From a virus (taxonomy: Duplodnaviria; Caudoviricetes): a DNA stretch of 44,669 nt. Under the pieces are notes generated by a model. That model worked only from the letters and a program-made list of their open reading frames with translations. It had not been told where the DNA came from and made no database searches. Positions 24,916-33,106 of the stretch are shown piece by piece; the first letter of the stretch is position 1; each line of letters opens with the position of its first letter. The position numbers were made by a program, and so were the translations under genes. Location of the stretch: positions 1 to 44,669 of IMG/VR virus record IMGVR_UViG_3300037467_001233. The stretch is one strand, 5' to 3'.

Positions 24916-25557
24916 ATGCCGTGGCGACCACACGGCAGAGCGGAAGTTGACATTCGCCAACCTCGTGCTTTCGGCGTGTGCGACAGGTGCGGGGCTCTTT
25001 ACAATCTCGATGATCTGAATTGGCAGTATCAATTCGCGGGAGTCGGATTGGTCAATCTGAATCTGCTCGTTTGCCGACCGTGCATGGACGTTCCGCAACC
25101 GCAGCTTACGGCGCTCATTCTGCCGCCCGATCCAGATCCGATCATGGATGCCAGACCGGAATACTATTCGGTCGATGAAAAAGGGCCGGTTCAGAATCTC
25201 GAAGCTGAGATCTTTTACAGCGGCGCGTCGATATCGTCGGACTTCTATCTCGATCTCTACTTCGGAGATCCAGGAACAACGGGCGTCAGCGTTCTCGCCG
25301 ACATCACGGGATCAGCGACCAGGCCGAATGCGGGGACGTCTTTCGGGTCACCCGTCGAGAATATCGCGGTCAACACATCAGCGGTCAGCTTCATCGATAG
25401 CGCCATTGCAAGCGTGAATGTCTCTTACGTGGCGGTGTTCGACGCTGCAACGGATGGGAATTTAATCGCCTCGGCACCCTTGTTCAATCCTTTGACGGTC
25501 GTCCTTTACAACGGTGCGGAGTTCGGGATTGGCAGCCTCAGAGTGGTGGTTTCCTAA
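24916..25557 (+). CDS. CxxC...CxxC domain protein with a C-terminal beta-rich domain
   Basis: PHGRA...CDRC...CRPCMD; C-terminal VAVFDAATDGNLI. Confidence 0.7.
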   Translation: MPWRPHGRAEVDIRQPRAFGVCDRCGALYNLDDLNWQYQFAGVGLVNLNLLVCRPCMDVPQPQLTALILPPDPDPIMDARPEYYSVDEKGPVQNLEAEIFYSGASISSDFYLDLYFGDPGTTGVSVLADITGSATRPNAGTSFGSPVENIAVNTSAVSFIDSAIASVNVSYVAVFDAATDGNLIASAPLFNPLTVVLYNGAEFGIGSLRVVVS

Positions 25558-25970
25558 TGCTGCGAAGACCACACGGACGGGCTCGGGTTGACGAAGATAA
25601 TCCCCAAGCATGGGGACGCTGCGACAGGTGCTCGTTCTTATACAACCTTCGGGATCTTCGTTATCAGTACGTGGTCAACGGGCTGACGACGCTCAATTCG
25701 AGAATGAGAGTGTGCGAAACCTGCATGGATGAACTGAACTATCAATTTCAGAACATCCCGCTTCCGGCAGATCCGATTCCAAAGCGAAACGCACGTCCCG
25801 AGCCCTACATGCTCGATGAAGTCGATTACCTGACGACCAGCGATTATTCGCCAATCACGACACAAGACGGCACGCCACTGACGCCGGATCAAGCATCCGC
25901 GAACTACTTTGACGTTCCGTCAGATCCCAATAGCGGAACGAAGCCGCCCAACAGCAACTCGGAGATCTGA
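25557..25970 (+). CDS. Paralogue of the preceding CxxC domain protein
   Basis: PHGRA...CDRC...CETCMD...ARPE.Y. Confidence 0.7.
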   Translation: MLRRPHGRARVDEDNPQAWGRCDRCSFLYNLRDLRYQYVVNGLTTLNSRMRVCETCMDELNYQFQNIPLPADPIPKRNARPEPYMLDEVDYLTTSDYSPITTQDGTPLTPDQASANYFDVPSDPNSGTKPPNSNSEI

Positions 25971-25975
25971 GAGGG

Positions 25976-28228
25976 ATGGGAATAAACGCTCCGACCCCAA
26001 TCCTCAGTCTGCCGATAGCGATGGGGATAGACAATACGTATTGGCTTCCGACTGCGAGCACGAATGGAAGCCCGACCGAGCGCGTCAATGTTCAGGTCAT
26101 TACGGGCATTCAGGGGTCGCTAAACTCGATCACGACCACTCAAGGCGCGGTCCTATTTCGCGGACATGACGCTTGGGAAGGACTTGACCCAGGCACAAGC
26201 GGCTATGTTCTTTCCACGCAAGGGCCGGGCGCTGATCCGCAATGGGTTCCGAACACCGCAGGTTCCGTTGTTAGCGTTGGCCTCGCGCTTCCTGATACCG
26301 TTTTCACTGTTTCTGGTTCGCCGGTTACATCTTCGGGTACGCTGACCGGCAGTCTGATCGCACAGAACGCCAACAAGGTGTTCGCGGGTCCGACAACAGG
26401 TGCCGATGCAGCACCGACGTTCCGGTCACTGGTCAACGCGGACATCTCTGGAACGGGCGCAGCACTCACCAAGACCGACGATACGAACGTCACTGCAATC
26501 TTATCAGGTTCACCTACGACCGCCCTCGTCAACGCCACAAACATTGCTCTGGGATGGACAGGCCTGCTCGGGCTTTCTCGAGGCGGCACGAACGCAGATT
26601 TAAGCGCTACCGGTGGAACGGGTCAGGTTCTACGTCAGTCCACGCTCGGAGGCGCTGTCAGCGTCTCACAATTGGCCGCTAGCGACCTTTCTAATGGTGT
26701 GACGGGATCTGATGCGGTTGTTCTCGCAACGTCTCCTAGCCTCACGACGCCCAATCTCGGAACGCCATCCGCAGCTATTCTCACCAACGCAACCGGACTG
26801 CCTCTCTCAACCGGAGTTACTGGAAACCTCCCGGTCACCAATCTGAATTCAGGTACGAGCGCATCGTCCGCCACGTTCTGGCGCGGGGATGGAACATGGG
26901 CCACTCCAATCGGAGGCTCGATTATCGTCGGCACGACGCCAGTCACGGGTGGAACGACAACCAAGGTTCTTTTCGACAACGGCGGAATTGTCGGGGAATA
27001 CACGGTCAGCGGCTCTGGCAGCGTTGCCATGACCACGAACCCGAGCTTTACGACACCTGCTTTGGGAACGCCTTCGGCAGGCGTGCTGACGAACTGCACA
27101 GGACTTCCGTTGAGTTCTGGCGTCACGGGCAATCTGCCGGTGACGAATTTGAATTCCGGCACAGGCGCGTCGTCGTCGTCGTTCTGGAGAGGCGACGGAA
27201 CATGGGCAACACCGGCTGGTGCTGGAACAGTCACCAGCGTTGATGTCTCTGGCGGAACGACCGGACTCACGACATCTGGCGGCCCGATCACCGGTAGCGG
27301 CACGATTACGATTGCCGGAACTCTTGCGGCAACCAACGGCGGAACGGGACTTACGTCTCTTGGATCGGGCGTTGCCACGTTTCTAGGAACACCATCGAGC
27401 GCAAATCTCGCAGCTGCGGTAACAGACGAAACTGGTTCTGGTGCGTTGGTCTTTGCAACGTCGCCAACGCTCGTTACGCCTGCGCTCGGAACGCCATCCT
27501 CTGGCACTCTGACCAACTGCACCGGGTTACCTTTGCTCACTGGCGTCTCTGGACGCACAGGACCAACTCTCCAGGTCTTCACGTCCTCCGGTACTTGGAC
27601 GAAGCCAGCCGGATGCGTGAAAATTATCGCCACGATTATTGGTGGTGGTGGCGGTGGCGGCGGCGTTCAGATTCCGAGCGGAGCATTTTGCGGTGGTGGC
27701 GGTGGCGGAGCTGGAGGCTTAGGCGTATCAATTATCGACGTGACCTCAATATCGTCTCTCAGCGTCACGGTTGGCGCCGCGGGGACGGCGGGTGATGGCA
27801 CGGTAACTGGCGGCCCAGGAGGAACGGGTGGCACGAGCCAGCTCGGCGCAAGCGGCGTGAATGGTCAAGCGAGCGGCGGCTTAGGTGGTACTGGACGATC
27901 GACGGCACAAGGCGGTTCCAGTCTAAATGCCGGAGGCAACGGCGGAACTGCTTCGAATTGCACGGTTAATGGTGGCGGCTCCCCTGGCGGCTTCGGCATG
28001 TCGTTCTCTGCAACAAACGGTCAGATATCGGGGCCTGGCGGATCGACGCCTTATGGCGGCGGTGGCGCATCGATACGTCCAAGCGGATCGAGCGTTGGCA
28101 ACAATGGCACCAACGGCAATGGATATGGATCTGGCGGCAGCGGTGCTGCGGTGACCAACAGCACGACCAACACGTTCGGCGGCGCGGGTGGGCCCGGAAT
28201 CGTAATCATCGAGGAATACTATGCGTAA
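25976..28228 (+). CDS. Tail fibre with internal repeats and a glycine-rich C-terminal domain
   Basis: Thr/Gly/Ser-rich; repeats of LGTPS...LTN(A/C)[22 protein letters not shown]...[11 protein letters not shown]; [12 protein letters not shown]...GGGGGGGG...GIVIIEEY. Confidence 0.85.
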   Translation: MGINAPTPILSLPIAMGIDNTYWLPTASTNGSPTERVNVQVITGIQGSLNSITTTQGAVLFRGHDAWEGLDPGTSGYVLSTQGPGADPQWVPNTAGSVVSVGLALPDTVFTVSGSPVTSSGTLTGSLIAQNANKVFAGPTTGADAAPTFRSLVNADISGTGAALTKTDDTNVTAILSGSPTTALVNATNIALGWTGLLGLSRGGTNADLSATGGTGQVLRQSTLGGAVSVSQLAASDLSNGVTGSDAVVLATSPSLTTPNLGTPSAAILTNATGLPLSTGVTGNLPVTNLNSGTSASSATFWRGDGTWATPIGGSIIVGTTPVTGGTTTKVLFDNGGIVGEYTVSGSGSVAMTTNPSFTTPALGTPSAGVLTNCTGLPLSSGVTGNLPVTNLNSGTGASSSSFWRGDGTWATPAGAGTVTSVDVSGGTTGLTTSGGPITGSGTITIAGTLAATNGGTGLTSLGSGVATFLGTPSSANLAAAVTDETGSGALVFATSPTLVTPALGTPSSGTLTNCTGLPLLTGVSGRTGPTLQVFTSSGTWTKPAGCVKIIATIIGGGGGGGGVQIPSGAFCGGGGGGAGGLGVSIIDVTSISSLSVTVGAAGTAGDGTVTGGPGGTGGTSQLGASGVNGQASGGLGGTGRSTAQGGSSLNAGGNGGTASNCTVNGGGSPGGFGMSFSATNGQISGPGGSTPYGGGGASIRPSGSSVGNNGTNGNGYGSGGSGAAVTNSTTNTFGGAGGPGIVIIEEYYA

Positions 28229-28406
28229 GACGATCATCGAAACCGCAACCGGAAACGTTCTGAACGTCATCGAGCTTGACGACGGCGCGGAATGGACGCC
28301 AGCCGAAGGCCAGTCGATTGGTGCTGATGGTGGTTGGATCGGCGCGCGCTGGAATGGAGCGGCTTATGAGTGGATCAACCCGCCAGAGGTGACGGATGTC
28401 GCTTAA
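28221..28406 (+). CDS. Small tail-fibre-associated protein
   Basis: Follows the Gly-rich fibre; GAGGA RBS; G.V.NVI...W.P...IG..W.G. Confidence 0.65.
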   Translation: MRKTIIETATGNVLNVIELDDGAEWTPAEGQSIGADGGWIGARWNGAAYEWINPPEVTDVA

Positions 28407-29136
28407 TTACGCAACCTACGTCACCACCCTTGCAAACATGGCAGGGTATGACGAGGCAGACCAGAACTTTGTCAATATCCTTCCAAGCGTGATCGACTAT
28501 GCCGAAGGAAGAATCTACCGGGAAGCGGATTTCATTTCGACGGTTATTCGGGACACGGGAGCGCTCACCGCCAATAGCCGCAGCTTCACGCTTCCGAACA
28601 ACGTCGGACAGTTCAACGTCGTCCGGCAGATGAACGTCATTACCCCGGCTAACACGATACCAGCAGACGGAACGCGCAATCCGATGACGGCGGTATCGAC
28701 CGAAGTCATGGACATGTTGTGGCCGAGCGAACAAGCCCCTTCTACACCTTCCGTCCCGACCATGTTCGCGATGCTGACGCAGAACAACGTAGAGAGCCAG
28801 ACGACGGACGTGCTTGTCGGACCTGCACCCGACGACGCCTATAATGTGGAAGTCATCGGAACAGTAAACCCAACGCCGCTCTCAGCCTCGAACACGACGA
28901 CCTACCTGACACTCTTTCTGCCGGATTTATTCCTCGCGGCTTCAATGGTGTTCATGACGGGATTTCAAAAGAATTTCGGGGCTCAAAGCGACGACCCGCG
29001 TTCCGCGATGAGTTGGGAACAAACCTATCAGGTTCTTTTCAAATCGGCTGATTTGGTCGATTCTAGACAGAGATTTGCAGCAGCTTCTTGGACTTCTGCG
29101 CAACCCGAAAATTATGCTTCCGCACAGAGAGGCTAG
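28396..29136 (+). CDS. Putative tail adaptor or tubular protein
   Basis: IDYAEGRIYR...GPAPD..Y.VE...TTYL....PDL..AA. Confidence 0.65.
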   Translation: MSLNYATYVTTLANMAGYDEADQNFVNILPSVIDYAEGRIYREADFISTVIRDTGALTANSRSFTLPNNVGQFNVVRQMNVITPANTIPADGTRNPMTAVSTEVMDMLWPSEQAPSTPSVPTMFAMLTQNNVESQTTDVLVGPAPDDAYNVEVIGTVNPTPLSASNTTTYLTLFLPDLFLAASMVFMTGFQKNFGAQSDDPRSAMSWEQTYQVLFKSADLVDSRQRFAAASWTSAQPENYASAQRG

Positions 29137-29138
29137 TG

Positions 29139-29264
29139 ATGCCGATTACGTTAAACGGCAAGAAAAATGTTCACGTCGGGTACTTCGCAACCAAAAAGGA
29201 GGCCGCGCACGCTCGTAACGACGCGGTTAGGAAGGCGTATGGCCAATATGCGAGGGACACCTGA
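29139..29264 (+). pseudogene. 41-aa AP2-domain remnant of an HNH-AP2 endonuclease (not in ORF track)
   Basis: MPITLNGKKNVHVGYFATKKEAAHARNDAVRKAYGQYARDT matches the C-termini of the three HNH-AP2 proteins in this window; TGATG overlap with the next gene. Confidence 0.75.
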
Positions 29265-31315
29265 TGCCCTTCGCTGAAGTCCGGCTCGTACCCGGCGTGG
29301 ATAAGGAGAAAACCCAGTCTTTGAATCAGGCAGGCTATTCCTTTTCCGCTTTCATCCGGTGGAAGGAAGGTCTCGCCCAAAAAATCGGCGGCTGGGTTCG
29401 GTTCTATTCTTTTGCGCTTGCGGGCATCCCGCGCGATCTTCACGCTTGGCAAGACCTGAATGAAACAGGACGGCTGTTCGCGGGAACCACGACCGAAGCC
29501 GACGTGATCTCGAACGGCTTCCTGCAACAGATCACGCCGCAGCAGCTCACCACCGATTTTTCTCCGCTGTTTGATACGTTCAACGGATCGCCAAACGTAG
29601 ACGTCACGGACGCGAACGTCACCGACGTTACGACCTTCGACAGCATCTATTTCAATACTCCAATTAGTGTTGGAGGTTTGATCCTCTCGGGCCTCTATCC
29701 GATCTCTCTGTCTCTCGATACCCACAAATACCGGATCACCGCATCCGCAAATGCCACGGCCGATGTGACAGGTGGTGGTGCGGTTCCGGTCTTCGATTCA
29801 ACGTCCGGAAGCTCTAGCATCAGCGTGACGCTGGCGGATCACGGACTGGCCAAAGGCGATACGATCAATTTCCCGATCCCGACCACGGTCGGAGGCGTGA
29901 CCATCTTCGGAACCTACCCGGCCGCTGGAATTACGAGTTCGAGCGTCTTTACCATCGTCGCCGACCAATCTGCGGCAACGACTGCAACCGTCTCGATGAA
30001 CTCGGGTGATGCGGAGATCGTCTACGATATTACGATCGGTCCCGGATCGTCAGGAACGGGCTACGGCATCGGACCTTATGGTGACGGCGGCTACGGCACC
30101 GGAACCTCGACAGGAAACCAGACCGGGAATCCGATTACGGCGGTTGATTACACGTCGGACAACTGGGGGCCTTATCTTCTGTTCTGCCCGATGAATGGAG
30201 GGATCTATTCGTGGCAGCCCAACGGGGGATTTGAGAACGCGCAACTCGTGGCCAACGCGCCTCCGTTTAACGGTGGAATCTTCGTGGCCATGCCGGCGCA
30301 GATCCTCGTTGCTTGGGGCTCAACATCGACACAGAACATCGGCACCGATCAAGATCCCTTATTGCTGAAATGGTCCGATCAGTTGGACTTTACCAACTGG
30401 ACGGTTTCGGAACTGACACAGGCAGGCTCGCTCAGGATTCCGACAGGCTCCAAGATCATCGGCGGCATGCAAACGTCGCAGAACGCGTTGATCTGGACTG
30501 ATCTCGATGTCTGGGCGCTGCAATACGTCGGGCCTCCGTTGGTGTTTGGCTTGAACAAGGTCGGATCCAATTGCGGTTTGATCTCATCGCACGCGATGGC
30601 GCAGTTGGGCGGCCAAGTGTTCTGGATGGGGAATTCGAACTTCTTCACCCTGACGGCTTCAGGAGCGACGCCGATTCCCTGTTCGGTGTGGGATGAAGTG
30701 TTCCAGGATCTCGACACCACCAATGCTCATAAGATCCGCGCGTGGCCGAGCACGACGTTCAATGAAGTGTGGTGGCTCTATCCGTCGAAGTCCGGCGGCA
30801 CTGGCGAGAACGATTCCTGGGTGAAGATCAATATCTCCGAGGGGAGCTGGGATTACGGCCCCGGAGACAGTCCGACGCCGTTCAAGAGGTCCGCCGCGAT
30901 CGATCAATCAGTGCTCGGAACACCCATTGCAGCGACGCCGCAAGGGATCATTTATCAGCACGAGAGCGGCGAAGATGCGGATGGCCAGCCGATCGCGTGG
31001 TCGTTTGAAACAGGCTTCTGGACCATCAGCGAAGGCTCCGACATTCCGTTTGTCGATTGGTTCCTACCCGACATGAGGTTCGGGTTGGTCAACGGGTCCC
31101 AGGATGCGAGTGTGCAGGTGACGTTCTATTCGAGATATTACCCAGGCGGTCCGATCCGGACTTATGGGCCTTATACCTTCACGAGCACGACGAAGTTCTT
31201 GAACCCCAGGATTCGCGGCCGCGAAATGGCGATCAAAATGTCGGGCGATGACATTGGATCGTTTGTGCGCCTTGGCCTCAACCGCTACCGCTGGGCACCG
31301 GACGGGAAATACTGA
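29264..31315 (+). CDS. Tail tubular / DNA stabilisation protein (P22 gp10 or T7 gp12-like nozzle)
   Basis: 683 aa beta-rich; QKIGGW, DNWG, DPLLLKWSDQ, NQ/TQAGS.R, FNEVWW.YPS, R.RGR. Confidence 0.75.
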   Translation: MPFAEVRLVPGVDKEKTQSLNQAGYSFSAFIRWKEGLAQKIGGWVRFYSFALAGIPRDLHAWQDLNETGRLFAGTTTEADVISNGFLQQITPQQLTTDFSPLFDTFNGSPNVDVTDANVTDVTTFDSIYFNTPISVGGLILSGLYPISLSLDTHKYRITASANATADVTGGGAVPVFDSTSGSSSISVTLADHGLAKGDTINFPIPTTVGGVTIFGTYPAAGITSSSVFTIVADQSAATTATVSMNSGDAEIVYDITIGPGSSGTGYGIGPYGDGGYGTGTSTGNQTGNPITAVDYTSDNWGPYLLFCPMNGGIYSWQPNGGFENAQLVANAPPFNGGIFVAMPAQILVAWGSTSTQNIGTDQDPLLLKWSDQLDFTNWTVSELTQAGSLRIPTGSKIIGGMQTSQNALIWTDLDVWALQYVGPPLVFGLNKVGSNCGLISSHAMAQLGGQVFWMGNSNFFTLTASGATPIPCSVWDEVFQDLDTTNAHKIRAWPSTTFNEVWWLYPSKSGGTGENDSWVKINISEGSWDYGPGDSPTPFKRSAAIDQSVLGTPIAATPQGIIYQHESGEDADGQPIAWSFETGFWTISEGSDIPFVDWFLPDMRFGLVNGSQDASVQVTFYSRYYPGGPIRTYGPYTFTSTTKFLNPRIRGREMAIKMSGDDIGSFVRLGLNRYRWAPDGKY

Positions 31316-31316
31316 C

Positions 31317-31502
31317 ATGGGCTCGAATGACGCGATCAAATCCCTGCTCGGAACGAGTCAGGGAGCGACGAACAACGCCAACGTGCAGAGCAATCCGAGC
31401 TTGAAGAGCATCGCGACCAACGGGGCTTTGCTCAATCAAAACATCTCCGTCCTGATCCAGAAGATTTCCTCGATCACCAAGGCCTGGGGCGTCAACTCCT
31501 AA
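31317..31502 (+). CDS. Small protein paralogous to the N-terminus of the next gene
   Basis: IATNGALLNQNISVLIQ versus IATNGNLLNQNVSALIQ; TAATG overlap. Confidence 0.65.
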   Translation: MGSNDAIKSLLGTSQGATNNANVQSNPSLKSIATNGALLNQNISVLIQKISSITKAWGVNS

Positions 31503-32350
31503 TGGCGGCCAATACCACGGCACAAACTGGATCAAGCTCAGATGATTCAAGTGCGCTGAACGATATTGCAACGAATGGCAATCTGCTCAACCAGAACGTT
31601 TCTGCGCTCATTCAGGCCGTTGGCGATCTAAAAAGCATCGTTCTTCCGGTACCCAACGGCGGAACGGGACAAAGCACGCTCCCTGCGCACAATGTTCTGA
31701 TCGGTAACGGAACAAATCCGATCAATTCTTCTGCTCCGACATCCAACAACGGCGCAGCATTTGTGGGGCAGGGGGCAAGCGCTGACCCTATCTTCGGCAA
31801 GGTTGTTCTAACGCAGCCCGCTACACTTGCGACGTTGACGCTAGCCGATGGTAAGACGCTAACGGCAACAAAAACTGGAACGTTGGCGGGCGGGGACGGG
31901 TTCACGCTTGCGATTGCCGCTAGCAAAACGCTGGCCGTTTCAAACAGTCTGACGTTGGCTGGGACAGATACAACGACGATGACGTTTCCATCGTCAAGCG
32001 CCAATGTCGCGGCGCTCAATATTGCCGATCAAACGCTGTCAGGGGGCGCTAACGTCACTTCGGCAAACCTCGGAACCAAATCCTCCGGCACGCTGACGAT
32101 CGATTGCGGCACGTGTCCCTTGCAATACGTGACGAATGGCGGAGCGTTTACGCTGGCAGCGCCGAGCAATGACGGGTCATGCCTCCTGCTCATAACGAAC
32201 AACGCGTCTGCGGGAACCATTACGTTTTCTGGTTTTACGGTTTCGGCGTCAACTGGAGATCTCTACACGACCACAAACGCGTCAAAATTCATTTTTTCCA
32301 TAATCCGCATCAATGGAACGTCCACTTACGTCATCAAGGCGCTGCAATAG
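31502..32350 (+). CDS. Tail fibre or spike-like protein
   Basis: LPVPNGGTG, VLIGNGT and TLA.GKTLT repeats; Thr/Ala-rich. Confidence 0.7.
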   Translation: MAANTTAQTGSSSDDSSALNDIATNGNLLNQNVSALIQAVGDLKSIVLPVPNGGTGQSTLPAHNVLIGNGTNPINSSAPTSNNGAAFVGQGASADPIFGKVVLTQPATLATLTLADGKTLTATKTGTLAGGDGFTLAIAASKTLAVSNSLTLAGTDTTTMTFPSSSANVAALNIADQTLSGGANVTSANLGTKSSGTLTIDCGTCPLQYVTNGGAFTLAAPSNDGSCLLLITNNASAGTITFSGFTVSASTGDLYTTTNASKFIFSIIRINGTSTYVIKALQ

Positions 32351-32353
32351 ACT

Positions 32354-33010
32354 ATGGTCCTCTACTACACTCCTACGCCTTTGCTGTCGGTAAAATTGCC
32401 ATCCATTGTCTATACCGATAGCGATGGGCAAAATACGCTAGCAAATCCCCACATATTTACGTCCAAGAGCATTGGGCCGCCCGATCCTACGCGGTTCGTC
32501 CTTGTCGGCGTCGCAACGGGGGGCTCCAACGCGATTACTGGCTGCACAATTGGGGGAAATGCCGCGACACTTGTCGCGAGCAGCGGCGGGTCCGGCACCA
32601 ACGTCTATACACGAATTTTTGGTCTCTCAGTGCCGTCCGGCACTACGGCGACAATTACTGTCAATCTTAATACCACTCAAGACGCTTATATTGGCGTGTT
32701 TGCTGCGTACAATCTAGCGAGCACGACGCCCGTTGCGTCGAGTGGCAATAACACTAATAACCCCATTCCTCTCAGCTTGAATGTGAGTGCGGGCGGTGTG
32801 GCGTGTGGCTATGCTTTTTCGTCCGCGGGCAATCCGACCACTTGGACGTGGACGGGGCTCGTTTTCCAATTCGGGGGCACTGTTGGAGGAAGCGGTCCCA
32901 ATCACTCTGGCGCAACCTATACAGCGACCACGGCACAAACGCCGCTTTCTGCATCGGCTTCCTTTGGCGGCATAAACAATCGTGCCGCCTGCGCCGTTTC
33001 GTTTCGCTAA
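32354..33010 (+). CDS. Putative receptor-binding or fibre tip protein
   Basis: Beta-rich, Thr/Gly/Ser-rich, follows the fibre gene. Confidence 0.6.
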   Translation: MVLYYTPTPLLSVKLPSIVYTDSDGQNTLANPHIFTSKSIGPPDPTRFVLVGVATGGSNAITGCTIGGNAATLVASSGGSGTNVYTRIFGLSVPSGTTATITVNLNTTQDAYIGVFAAYNLASTTPVASSGNNTNNPIPLSLNVSAGGVACGYAFSSAGNPTTWTWTGLVFQFGGTVGGSGPNHSGATYTATTAQTPLSASASFGGINNRAACAVSFR

Positions 33011-33106
33011 TAAGAACCATCACCATAAACTCTGAGCACAACGGTTTCGTTCAGCGGATCTCAGTTCTCGTCTGCTGCTATGGCTTCCTTCAGGTAACCC
33101 ACACTC

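Noticed and set aside
26740-27540. Tail fibre repeats considered as a diversity-generating retroelement template/variable pair
   Set aside because: Repeats are in frame within one gene, differ mainly at synonymous positions rather than at adenines, and no reverse transcriptase is present
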